Assembly (NCBI GenBank): GCA_963700635.1
Contig: CAVOYH010000006.1
Coordinates: 1-64,000, forward strand
DNA length: 64,000 bases
Direction of reading: 5' to 3'
Source: an uncultured Bacteroidota bacterium
GTDB lineage: Bacteria; Bacteroidota; Ignavibacteria; UBA10030; UBA6906
Each line of letters starts with the position of its first letter. Position 1 is the stretch's first letter. The position numbers and the translations under genes were made by a program. Positions 41,552-49,734 of the stretch are shown here, in pieces. Under the pieces are notes generated by a model. The model saw nothing but the letters and a program-made list of their open reading frames with translations. It did not search any database and was not told where the DNA came from.

Positions 41552-43027
41552 ATGCAACGTACTCTTGTTGTCCACGCCAATGCCGCCATCGGAACGATCA
41601 AGCCGGAACTGCACGGCCATTTCCTCGAACACCTGGGCACAGCGACGTACGGCGGACTCTGGGTCGGAACGGACTCTCCGATACCGCACATCGATGGTCT
41701 CCGGCGGGACGCCATCGTCGCACTGAAAGAACTTGGTGTCCCCGTGCTCAGATGGCCGGGTGGCTGTTTCGCGGACAATTACCACTGGCGCAACGGAATA
41801 GGCCCGGCAGCACATCGCCCGCGCACGGTGAATCACTCCTGGGGTGGCGTCATCGAAGATAACGGGTTCGGGACACATGAGTTCATGCATCTCTGTTCTC
41901 TCATCGGGGCGCAACCGTACCTGGCGGGAAACATGGGGAGCGGCTCACCGGCCGAGCTGCGTGACTGGACCGAGTACTGCAACTTCCCTTCCGGGAGCTC
42001 ACTGGCCGATGAACGTGCCGCCAACGGCGCGCCGGAATCATTTGGCGTCCGCTACTGGGGCGTCGGGAACGAAAGCTGGGGATGCGGGGGGCACATGTCA
42101 GCTGAGGAATATGCGGCTCTCTACGCCCGGTACGCAACCTACGTTCCCGCGTGCGCTGACACAAAACCGTATCTCATTGCGGTTGGTCCGAACAGCAATG
42201 ACACCGACTGGACCAGGCGGTTCTTCACCACGCTCGCCCGTGACCGTGCATATGCCCCCCCCATGCATGGCTTCGCGATGCACTTCTACAGCTGGGGGAA
42301 GAGCACAGCAACCCGTTACACGCCTGACACCGTACGCCAGCAACTTTCGACATTTGACGATCTGGAGAGGGCCATCAAGGAACAACGTGCGTATCTGGAT
42401 GCCCTCACTCCAGCATTAGGCCGTGGTCATATTGATCTCCTCATTGACGAGTGGGGAACCTGGGACGTGAGTGATCTTGCCGATGAGCGCGAACATGGAC
42501 GATTCTGGCAGCAGAACAGCATCAAAGATGCCGTCGCCGCAGCACTCGGTCTGAACACCTTTCATCGGCAGGCCGACAAACTCAGCATGTGCAATATCGC
42601 GCAAATTGCGAATGTCCTGCAGGCTCCGCTGCTCACTGCTGGTGACCGTTGCGTGCGGACGCCTACGTTTTATGCCTTTGCTCTTATGAAGGACCACCAG
42701 TCCAAGACGGCCATCCATGTTGAATCCGGCTGCAAACCTGCCACGGAGCTCTCTGCCTCGGCTTCCAGGGACGAGCGGACACTGTTCCTCACTCTCGCGA
42801 ATCCGAATCCCGAAGACGATTCGTCGGTGATTGTTACCTTCGAGGGAGCCACTGCCTCCGCGGCCACAGGGTGGTTGATCACGCATGCAGATATCAACGC
42901 CTGTAACACATTTGAAAGGCCGGAGACTGTCGTACCCGCTCCGCTGCATCCTGGAATGCAGAAGGGCACGGTCTCACTCCGGTTGCCGGCCCTCTCGGTG
43001 GCACACCTTCGTGTCACAGTCAGCTAA
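41552..43027 (+). CDS. Alpha-L-arabinofuranosidase (GH51)
   Basis: GHFLEHLG...YGG, LRWPGGCFADNYHW..GIGP, GVGNESWGCGG (acid/base) and DEWGTW (nucleophile). Confidence 0.93.
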   Translation: MQRTLVVHANAAIGTIKPELHGHFLEHLGTATYGGLWVGTDSPIPHIDGLRRDAIVALKELGVPVLRWPGGCFADNYHWRNGIGPAAHRPRTVNHSWGGVIEDNGFGTHEFMHLCSLIGAQPYLAGNMGSGSPAELRDWTEYCNFPSGSSLADERAANGAPESFGVRYWGVGNESWGCGGHMSAEEYAALYARYATYVPACADTKPYLIAVGPNSNDTDWTRRFFTTLARDRAYAPPMHGFAMHFYSWGKSTATRYTPDTVRQQLSTFDDLERAIKEQRAYLDALTPALGRGHIDLLIDEWGTWDVSDLADEREHGRFWQQNSIKDAVAAALGLNTFHRQADKLSMCNIAQIANVLQAPLLTAGDRCVRTPTFYAFALMKDHQSKTAIHVESGCKPATELSASASRDERTLFLTLANPNPEDDSSVIVTFEGATASAATGWLITHADINACNTFERPETVVPAPLHPGMQKGTVSLRLPALSVAHLRVTVS

Positions 43028-43173
43028 CCGGATGCTGACTCACCCGGAATGTATCAACACGACGTTGCGACGATACCGTGATACCCCCGTACCCGGAAAA
43101 GATAACAGTTTCTCTACGGGATTTCTTTGCGTATATTCTTCATGACACATCACAACGACCCCGGGACCCGATT

Positions 43174-44538
43174 ATGCGCCTGACCACCGTTATTCTCACA
43201 GTTCTTCTTTTGTGCACACTTGGACGGACCAACCTGACCGCCCAGCAGTCATTTTCTCCGGAAGAGAAGGCCAGACTGGCGGCCGAGGTAAAGAGTGAAT
43301 TCCTCCACTGCTGGAATGCCTACAAGACCTACGCCTGGGGTCATGACGGGCTGAGACCCCTCAGCAAAACTCACTATGACTGGTACAGTGAGACGTTGCT
43401 GATGACGCCGCTGGATGCCATGGACACCATGATTCTTATGGGGCTTACCGAAGAAGCTGACAGCACCAGAGAGTACATTCTGAGAACACTTTCCTTCGAC
43501 AAAGACATTTATGTCTCGACATTCGAGATCACGATCCGGTCTCTGGGCGGACTCCTGTCAAACTATCAACTTACAGGAGACGAGCGACTCCTCCACATGG
43601 CAACCGACCTTGGCAACCGCTTGCTGCCGGCGTTTAATTCGCCGACCGGCTTTCCGTATGTGGAGGTGAACCTGAAAACCGGGGCCGGCAGGGGCACCAG
43701 GACAAACCCCGGCATGATCGGCACGCTCCTTGTCGAGTTCGGCACCCTGAGCATGCTCACCGGTGATTCCCGCTACTACAATTATGCGAAGAACGCACTC
43801 TTGAATGTTTACGAACGCCGTTCAGAAATAGGACTGGTGGGCGAGCAGATCGACTGTGAAACCGGCGAGTGGACAAAAACCGACAGCCATGTTACAGCGT
43901 GTATCGATTCATACTACGAATACCTCGTAAAATGCGCGCTCCTGTTTGACGACGAGGACTGCGCCATCATGTGGCGGGAGTCCTATATTGCGTTGCAGAA
44001 CTATATTGCGGACAGCGTGGCATCCGGGTTGTGGTACGGCCACGCTGACATGACAACCGGCCAGCGGGGAAAAACCTGGTTCGGAGCCCTGGACGCGTTT
44101 TTGCCGGCTGTGCTCGTCCTTGCTGGCGATGAACAGGGCGCCGCGGCGCTCCAGGAGTCATGTCTTAAAATGTGGCAACGGCACGGGATCGAACCGGAGA
44201 CCTTCGACTATGTGAAGATGGAGGCCGTCTCACCCAGATTCTTCCTTAATCCCGAGATCGTGGAATCGGCATATTACCTGTACCAGCGGACCAAGAACCC
44301 GCGGTATCTTGAGATGGGAAAGATCTTTCTGGACAGTCTGAAGACGTATTGCCGCACGGACGCCGGCTACGCAGAGTTAAAAAGTGTTATCACAAAAGAG
44401 AAATCGGACCGGATGGAGAGTTATTTTCTCGCGGAGACAATGAAGTACTTCTATCTGCTCTTTGCGCCCGATGAGACACTTGACTTCTCCAACGTGATCT
44501 TCAACACGGAAGCACACCCGATTCGGAGGACCTGGTAG
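43174..44538 (+). CDS. Secreted class I alpha-1,2-mannosidase (GH47)
   Basis: Signal peptide from ATG 43174; YAWGHD.LRP, FE.TIR.LGGLLS, DSYYEY, PE.VES, MESYFLAET.KY.YLLF and FNTEAHP. Confidence 0.92.
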   Translation: MRLTTVILTVLLLCTLGRTNLTAQQSFSPEEKARLAAEVKSEFLHCWNAYKTYAWGHDGLRPLSKTHYDWYSETLLMTPLDAMDTMILMGLTEEADSTREYILRTLSFDKDIYVSTFEITIRSLGGLLSNYQLTGDERLLHMATDLGNRLLPAFNSPTGFPYVEVNLKTGAGRGTRTNPGMIGTLLVEFGTLSMLTGDSRYYNYAKNALLNVYERRSEIGLVGEQIDCETGEWTKTDSHVTACIDSYYEYLVKCALLFDDEDCAIMWRESYIALQNYIADSVASGLWYGHADMTTGQRGKTWFGALDAFLPAVLVLAGDEQGAAALQESCLKMWQRHGIEPETFDYVKMEAVSPRFFLNPEIVESAYYLYQRTKNPRYLEMGKIFLDSLKTYCRTDAGYAELKSVITKEKSDRMESYFLAETMKYFYLLFAPDETLDFSNVIFNTEAHPIRRTW

Positions 44539-44540
44539 CC

Positions 44541-44993
44541 GTGCGACGACCACTCGGTGCTGAAGACGAAGCGCGGCAATTGATGACCCTCTTCGGGGGT
44601 GATGCACATCTTGCGGCCAGCCTGGACTTCCTGCGCCATCATTTTGATGTTATTCAGGCGCGATCTCAGCTCCTGCTGACGCTCGCGACGCTGGCCCTGA
44701 CGATCACCGGTTTTTCCGGACCGAAGATCGCCCAGACAAATCTGTTCGCACGGTACAGTATGGCACTCGGCATTGTGTTTGTACTTTCCGCGGTTGTTAT
44801 TCTGCTGATCGGCGGACTGCGTGTCCGCTGGACATCTCAACTCCTCGGCGGAACGGGAGAAGAATCGCTGATCCGGATTATCCGCTACCGCAACCACAAG
44901 ACCCGGCTATACTTCCTTGAACTTGGACTTCTGGTGATCGGCCTCACCGCCTATGTAGCGAGTGTCGTCACGTACCTGCTCTATGGACTGTAG
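44541..44993 (+). CDS. Small hypothetical membrane protein (3 predicted TM helices)
   Basis: 150-aa ORF that fills the gap between GH47 and the ABC binding protein; three hydrophobic stretches. Confidence 0.7.
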   Translation: MRRPLGAEDEARQLMTLFGGDAHLAASLDFLRHHFDVIQARSQLLLTLATLALTITGFSGPKIAQTNLFARYSMALGIVFVLSAVVILLIGGLRVRWTSQLLGGTGEESLIRIIRYRNHKTRLYFLELGLLVIGLTAYVASVVTYLLYGL

Positions 44994-45049
44994 CCCCTCT
45001 GCATGCTGAACTACGATTATCGGTTCATTCCTCAAGAAAGGGTGTGTTC

Positions 45050-46045
45050 ATGAGACTTCGCGCGCTTCCGCTGCTCATGCTCGTCTGTATTCTCTTCATT
45101 GCCGGTTGCGGCAAACGGGAGGGAGACACGCAACGACCTACCACGATCGCCGTGATCCCCAAAGGAACCACGCACGAATTCTGGAAATCCATCCATGCCG
45201 GCGCGGTGAAGGCCTCCCGTGAACTTCAGGTGGACATTATCTGGAAGGGCCCGCTCCGCGAAGATGACCGTGAGGCCCAGATCTCCGTTATGGAAGACTT
45301 TTTAAGCCGCGGCGTGTCAGGCATCGTCCTTGCCCCGCTTGACGACATTGCCTTGCGCGGATCGGTCGCCAACGCCGTCCGTTCGGGTATTCCGGTCGTG
45401 ATTATCGATTCCGACCTGAAAAGCGACGACTATACCAGTTTTGCCGCAACGGACAATTACCTCGGGGGGAAAATTGGCGGACAGGAACTTGCACGTCTCC
45501 TCAACGGCAAAGGACGTGTCATCATGCTGCGCTGCCTTGAGGGCTCGGCAAGCACCGTACACCGGGAACAGGGTTTTCTGGACGCCATGGCGGCAGCGCC
45601 GGGCATCACCATCGTCAGCTCCAATCAATACGGTGGGGCGACCGTGGAAACCGCCTACCGGGCAAGCGAAAACCTCCTTGCTCCGCTCAAGAACGCGCGC
45701 GGCGAACTGACCATCGACGGCATTTTCACGCCCAATGAATCTACCACGTTCGGCATGCTGCGCGCGTTGCAGGATGGCGGTCATGCCGGACGTGTACGCT
45801 TCGTCGGGTTCGACAGCTCGACCAAACTGGTTGAAGCCCTTCGTAATAAACAGCTGGATGCCCTTGTCCTCCAGAATCCCTTTGCCATGGGATACCTCGG
45901 CGTCAAAACCATGGTTGCCCATCTCCGCGGCGAAAAGGTGGAAAAGCGGATTGACACCGGCGTGAGTCTGGTAACCTCTTCTATCATGGATCAACCGGAA
46001 ATCAAAGAATTGCTCCAACCCGATCTGGCGAAATGGCTGGAATGA
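45050..46045 (+). CDS. Sugar ABC transporter substrate-binding lipoprotein (RbsB-like)
   Basis: Lipobox IAGC; IPKGTTHEFWKSIHAGA, ATDNY.GG, RE.GF, VGFD and QNPF.MGY. Confidence 0.92.
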   Translation: MRLRALPLLMLVCILFIAGCGKREGDTQRPTTIAVIPKGTTHEFWKSIHAGAVKASRELQVDIIWKGPLREDDREAQISVMEDFLSRGVSGIVLAPLDDIALRGSVANAVRSGIPVVIIDSDLKSDDYTSFAATDNYLGGKIGGQELARLLNGKGRVIMLRCLEGSASTVHREQGFLDAMAAAPGITIVSSNQYGGATVETAYRASENLLAPLKNARGELTIDGIFTPNESTTFGMLRALQDGGHAGRVRFVGFDSSTKLVEALRNKQLDALVLQNPFAMGYLGVKTMVAHLRGEKVEKRIDTGVSLVTSSIMDQPEIKELLQPDLAKWLE

Positions 46046-47571
46046 GTGTCGCGCCTTCCCCCCCACGTTTTGGGATGCAGGGGATCACGAGGAGTTTCGG
46101 GGCGACAAAGGCGCTTGATGGAGTCGACTTCGCCGTTCGCGCGGGAGAGATTCATGCCCTGGTCGGCGAGAACGGGGCGGGCAAGAGCACACTGATGAAG
46201 ATTCTCTCGGGTGCTCTCCGCCCTGATGCGGGGACCATGACCCTTGACGGGATCCCCTTCGCACCGCAGTCTACACACGAAGCGCGGCATGCCGGTGTCG
46301 CGATGATCTACCAGGAACTCTCGCTCGCGCCTCACCTCCCCGTCGAAGACAATGTGATGCTGGGCATGGAACCCCGCGTGTACGGCCTGCGTGACCGCGC
46401 GGCTATCCGCTCACGGGCTCACGAAGCCCTGGAGATGCTCGGGTACGGATCGCTTGACACCCGCGTCCGGGTCAGCGCTCTTCCGATTGCAACCCGGCAG
46501 ATTGTCGAAATCGCCCGCGCACTCGCCGTCGGTTGCCGGATCCTGGTCCTTGACGAGCCAACAAGCAGTCTGACGCTCGCTGACATCGAGCGGCTCTTTA
46601 CGGTCCTCAGAGAACTGCGCGCCAAGGGGCACGCGATCGTGTATATTTCTCACTTTCTCGAAGAAGTCAAACGTGTCGCAGACCGGTTCACCGTCCTGCG
46701 CGACGGAAAAACTGTCGGATCCGGCGTCGCCGCCGAATGCTCTGTGCATGATCTTGTCGGAATGATGATCGGCAGACGGTTGGAGCAGCTCTATCCCCGT
46801 TCGCCCCGCACACCGGGGGAGGTAGTCTTCTCTGCTGATCATCTCGCCGCCTCGCCGAAACCGCTCGACGCGACGTTCACTCTCTGCCGGGGGGAAATCC
46901 TCGGTCTGGCCGGTCTCGTAGGAGCAGGGCGAACAGAGCTTCTGCGTACGCTCTTCGGACTCTCCCCCGTTGTCCGGGGAGAAATCCAGCTTCACGTACA
47001 CCGGGGCTGGGCCGACCCGACGACCCGCTGGCAACAGGGTGCGGGTATGGTGAGCGAAGACAGGGGGAGTGAAGGACTCGCCGTGGCTTTGAGTGTCGCG
47101 GACAACATCACCATGAATCTCTCCCGTGACGCGGGACCTCTGGGAATAGTCCGGCCCGGCCGCATCCAGGCCACAGCACAACGGTGGATTGACATGTTTG
47201 GCATCCGGGCGCGCAGTCCGGCGCAGGAAATCCGGACGCTCTCCGGAGGAAACCAGCAGAAAGTCGCCCTGGCACGCCTTCTGCACCAGGATGTGGATGT
47301 CCTGCTTCTGGACGAACCCACACGGGGCATTGACGTGGCCAGCAAATCCCAGGTTTACGAACTGATCGACCGCCTCGCCACAGGGGACGTTGCGACATCA
47401 ACGCCTCCCAAAGCCATCCTGCTGGTCAGCAGCTATCTCCCCGAACTGCTCGGCGTGTGCGACCGGATAGCCGTCATGCACCGCGGGCGACTCGGACCGG
47501 CTCGGCCGGTCGGTGAATGGAGTGAACATACTCTTCTGCTTGCAGCGACAGGTCAGGATACCTCATCATGA
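46042..47571 (+). CDS. Sugar ABC transporter ATP-binding protein (RbsA-like, double domain)
   Basis: GENGAGKST, LDEPTSSL, YISH, LSGGNQQK and LLDEPTRGIDV. Confidence 0.93.
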   Translation: MSVAPSPPRFGMQGITRSFGATKALDGVDFAVRAGEIHALVGENGAGKSTLMKILSGALRPDAGTMTLDGIPFAPQSTHEARHAGVAMIYQELSLAPHLPVEDNVMLGMEPRVYGLRDRAAIRSRAHEALEMLGYGSLDTRVRVSALPIATRQIVEIARALAVGCRILVLDEPTSSLTLADIERLFTVLRELRAKGHAIVYISHFLEEVKRVADRFTVLRDGKTVGSGVAAECSVHDLVGMMIGRRLEQLYPRSPRTPGEVVFSADHLAASPKPLDATFTLCRGEILGLAGLVGAGRTELLRTLFGLSPVVRGEIQLHVHRGWADPTTRWQQGAGMVSEDRGSEGLAVALSVADNITMNLSRDAGPLGIVRPGRIQATAQRWIDMFGIRARSPAQEIRTLSGGNQQKVALARLLHQDVDVLLLDEPTRGIDVASKSQVYELIDRLATGDVATSTPPKAILLVSSYLPELLGVCDRIAVMHRGRLGPARPVGEWSEHTLLLAATGQDTSS

Positions 47572-48536
47572 AACGTTTTTCATCGCTCGCACAGGCTCTC
47601 GGACCGCTCGCCGGCCTCCTGCTTATCTTCGCCCTTTTTGCTGTCATCGGTCCGGAGAGTTTCTCCTCGGCGAACAACCTGGAGACGATTGCCCGGCAAA
47701 CAGCCATTGTCGGCACGGCCGCGCTGGGTATGACGCTGATCATTATCAGCGGCGGCATTGATCTTTCGGTGGGATCCATCATTGCTTTCGTCACCGTAGT
47801 GATCGCCGCGTTGCTCCAGGCCGGTGTTGATCCGTTTCTTGCGGCGGCGGGCGGAGCGGCCGCTGGTGTTCTCTGCGGCTATGTCAACGGTTTCCTTATC
47901 ACGCGGTTCAGGGTCGTCCCGTTTATCGTGACTCTCGGCACGCTCCTTGTCGTGCGGGGCGCCGCCAAAGGATTCGCACGCGAACAGAAAATCGATGCAC
48001 CGCTGACCTGGCTCATGGATCTTCTCGCCGCTCTCCCACCCGGAGAGGGGTGGCAGATTGTCCCGTGGGGAGTCTGGCTGACCATCGCTCTCGCCTTTCT
48101 CGTCGCCGGGATACTGATCTACACACGTCTGGGCCGGCACATTATCGCCATCGGATCCAATGAACAGACCGCACGCTTGTGCGGCGTCCCTGTGGATCGT
48201 GTGAAGGTTATTGTCTATGCTCTGGGTGGTCTCTTCGCGGGCGTGGCCGGGGTCTTGCAGTTTTCACGGTTAACAGTCGGTGACCCCACCGTTGCCATGG
48301 GCGTCGAACTTGACGTTATTGCGGCAGTTGTTATAGGAGGCGGAAGTCTCTCCGGAGGTGAAGGATCCATCGCAGGGACAATTGTCGGCGCACTCATCAT
48401 GACAGTTATCCGATCCGGCTGCGCGCAAATGGGTCTCCCAAACTGGGTTCAGGAAATGGTCACGGGCGGCATCATCGTCGTCGCGGTCGCCCTTGACCGG
48501 TGGCGTCAACGCCGCAAAGCTTCCGCGGCGGCATAA
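47568..48536 (+). CDS. Sugar ABC transporter permease (RbsC-like)
   Basis: GGIDLSVGS, PFIVTLG, GR.I.AIGSNE..ARL.G and ELD.IAAVVIGG.SL.GG.G. Confidence 0.93.
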   Translation: MKRFSSLAQALGPLAGLLLIFALFAVIGPESFSSANNLETIARQTAIVGTAALGMTLIIISGGIDLSVGSIIAFVTVVIAALLQAGVDPFLAAAGGAAAGVLCGYVNGFLITRFRVVPFIVTLGTLLVVRGAAKGFAREQKIDAPLTWLMDLLAALPPGEGWQIVPWGVWLTIALAFLVAGILIYTRLGRHIIAIGSNEQTARLCGVPVDRVKVIVYALGGLFAGVAGVLQFSRLTVGDPTVAMGVELDVIAAVVIGGGSLSGGEGSIAGTIVGALIMTVIRSGCAQMGLPNWVQEMVTGGIIVVAVALDRWRQRRKASAAA

Positions 48537-48545
48537 AGGTATACC

Positions 48546-49697
48546 ATGCACAATCAACCGCATCGGCAACAGAAAACCGCTCCCATAAAATTTTCCGGCA
48601 TTCTTGAGGTGGACACCCGGGGCGGCGGATTCGTCCGGAGCCGTTCTCTGACACTCGAACCGCGCCGCGAAGATGTCCACGTAACTCCCCGCCAGTTGCG
48701 GGACAATAGTCTTCGACCCGGTGTGGTGTTGGAGGGTGAGGCACGGCAGGGACGAAACCCACACCCGGTGATGGAAGAACTTCATACCATCAACGACCGG
48801 ACACCGCGGGCCTGGGCCTCCGTTCCGGAATTCGGATCACATGAGGTCATCTCTCCCCATGAATGGATCCAGCTGGAAGGCAAGGATACAACCGTCACGG
48901 GTCGCCTCGGCGAACGACCCATGCGGATTGTCGATCTTTTTTGCCCCATCGGCAAAGGGCAGCGTGCGTTGATCGTCTCCCCGCCAAAAGCCGGCAAGAC
49001 CATGCTGATGCAACAGCTTGCCCATGCCATCAGCCGCAACTACCCGGCCATCGAACTGGCCGTCCTCCTCATTGACGAACGCCCGGAAGAGGTAACGGAC
49101 ATGCGGCGCACCATCAAAGGGGAAGTGTTTGCCAGCTCCAGTGACAGCGAACGCGGACTGCACGTGCGCCTTGCCCAGCTGGTCCTTGAGTACGCGAAAC
49201 GCAAAGTTGAAACAGGCAAGGATGTGGTGGTGCTGCTGGATTCCCTCACGCGGCTCGGCCGCGCATTTAATATCCATCAACGTAGCAGCGGCCGGACAAT
49301 GTCGGGAGGGGTCGACGCCAGAGCGCTGGAGATCCCAAAACGGATATTCGGTGCCGCGAGGAAGATCGAGGGAGGGGGGTCGCTTACCATGATTGCCACC
49401 GCGCTGATCCAGACGGAATCGCGCATGGACGAGCTTATCTTCCAGGAGTTTAAAGGGACGGGAAACATGGAGCTCGTTCTTGACCGCGAACTGGCAGACG
49501 AACGTATTTTCCCCGCCATCAATATCGGGCTTTCAGGAACCCGCCGCGAGGAACTGCTGTTCGCCGATGCGGTGTACCGCCACCAGGATCTCCGGCGTGC
49601 GATCAGCAGAATGCGTCCGCGCGAAGCAATGCGGGCGATCCATAAGTTGCTGGAACAGTATCCCACGAACGCGGACGTCCTGGCCAAGTTCGAGTAA
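48546..49697 (+). CDS. rho: Short, divergent transcription termination factor Rho
   Basis: PIGKGQR.LIVSPPKAGKT, LLIDERPEEVTDM, DS.TRL.RA.N, SG.T.SGG.D, EFKGTGNMEL.L.R and SGTRREELL. Confidence 0.92.
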   Translation: MHNQPHRQQKTAPIKFSGILEVDTRGGGFVRSRSLTLEPRREDVHVTPRQLRDNSLRPGVVLEGEARQGRNPHPVMEELHTINDRTPRAWASVPEFGSHEVISPHEWIQLEGKDTTVTGRLGERPMRIVDLFCPIGKGQRALIVSPPKAGKTMLMQQLAHAISRNYPAIELAVLLIDERPEEVTDMRRTIKGEVFASSSDSERGLHVRLAQLVLEYAKRKVETGKDVVVLLDSLTRLGRAFNIHQRSSGRTMSGGVDARALEIPKRIFGAARKIEGGGSLTMIATALIQTESRMDELIFQEFKGTGNMELVLDRELADERIFPAINIGLSGTRREELLFADAVYRHQDLRRAISRMRPREAMRAIHKLLEQYPTNADVLAKFE

Positions 49698-49734
49698 CCG
49701 TTTCCGTACACACGACAACATCTGGAATACTCTC

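Noticed and set aside
35497-43040. ATGCTGACT a few bases after the stop codons at 35492 and 43027
   Set aside because: Only two short copies with no shared structure; compatible with chance.
43055-43069. CAACACGACGTTGCG as a further operator copy
   Set aside because: It matches the 39293 site at only 10/15, lacks the GAAA arm and has no clear promoter overlap.
49480-49734. Extended N-termini of the ORF-track calls for S9 (49480), the ABC ATPase (60839) and the TonB receptor (32552)
   Set aside because: They overlap neighbouring genes or promoter regions. Downstream starts give proper signal peptides or domain boundaries.
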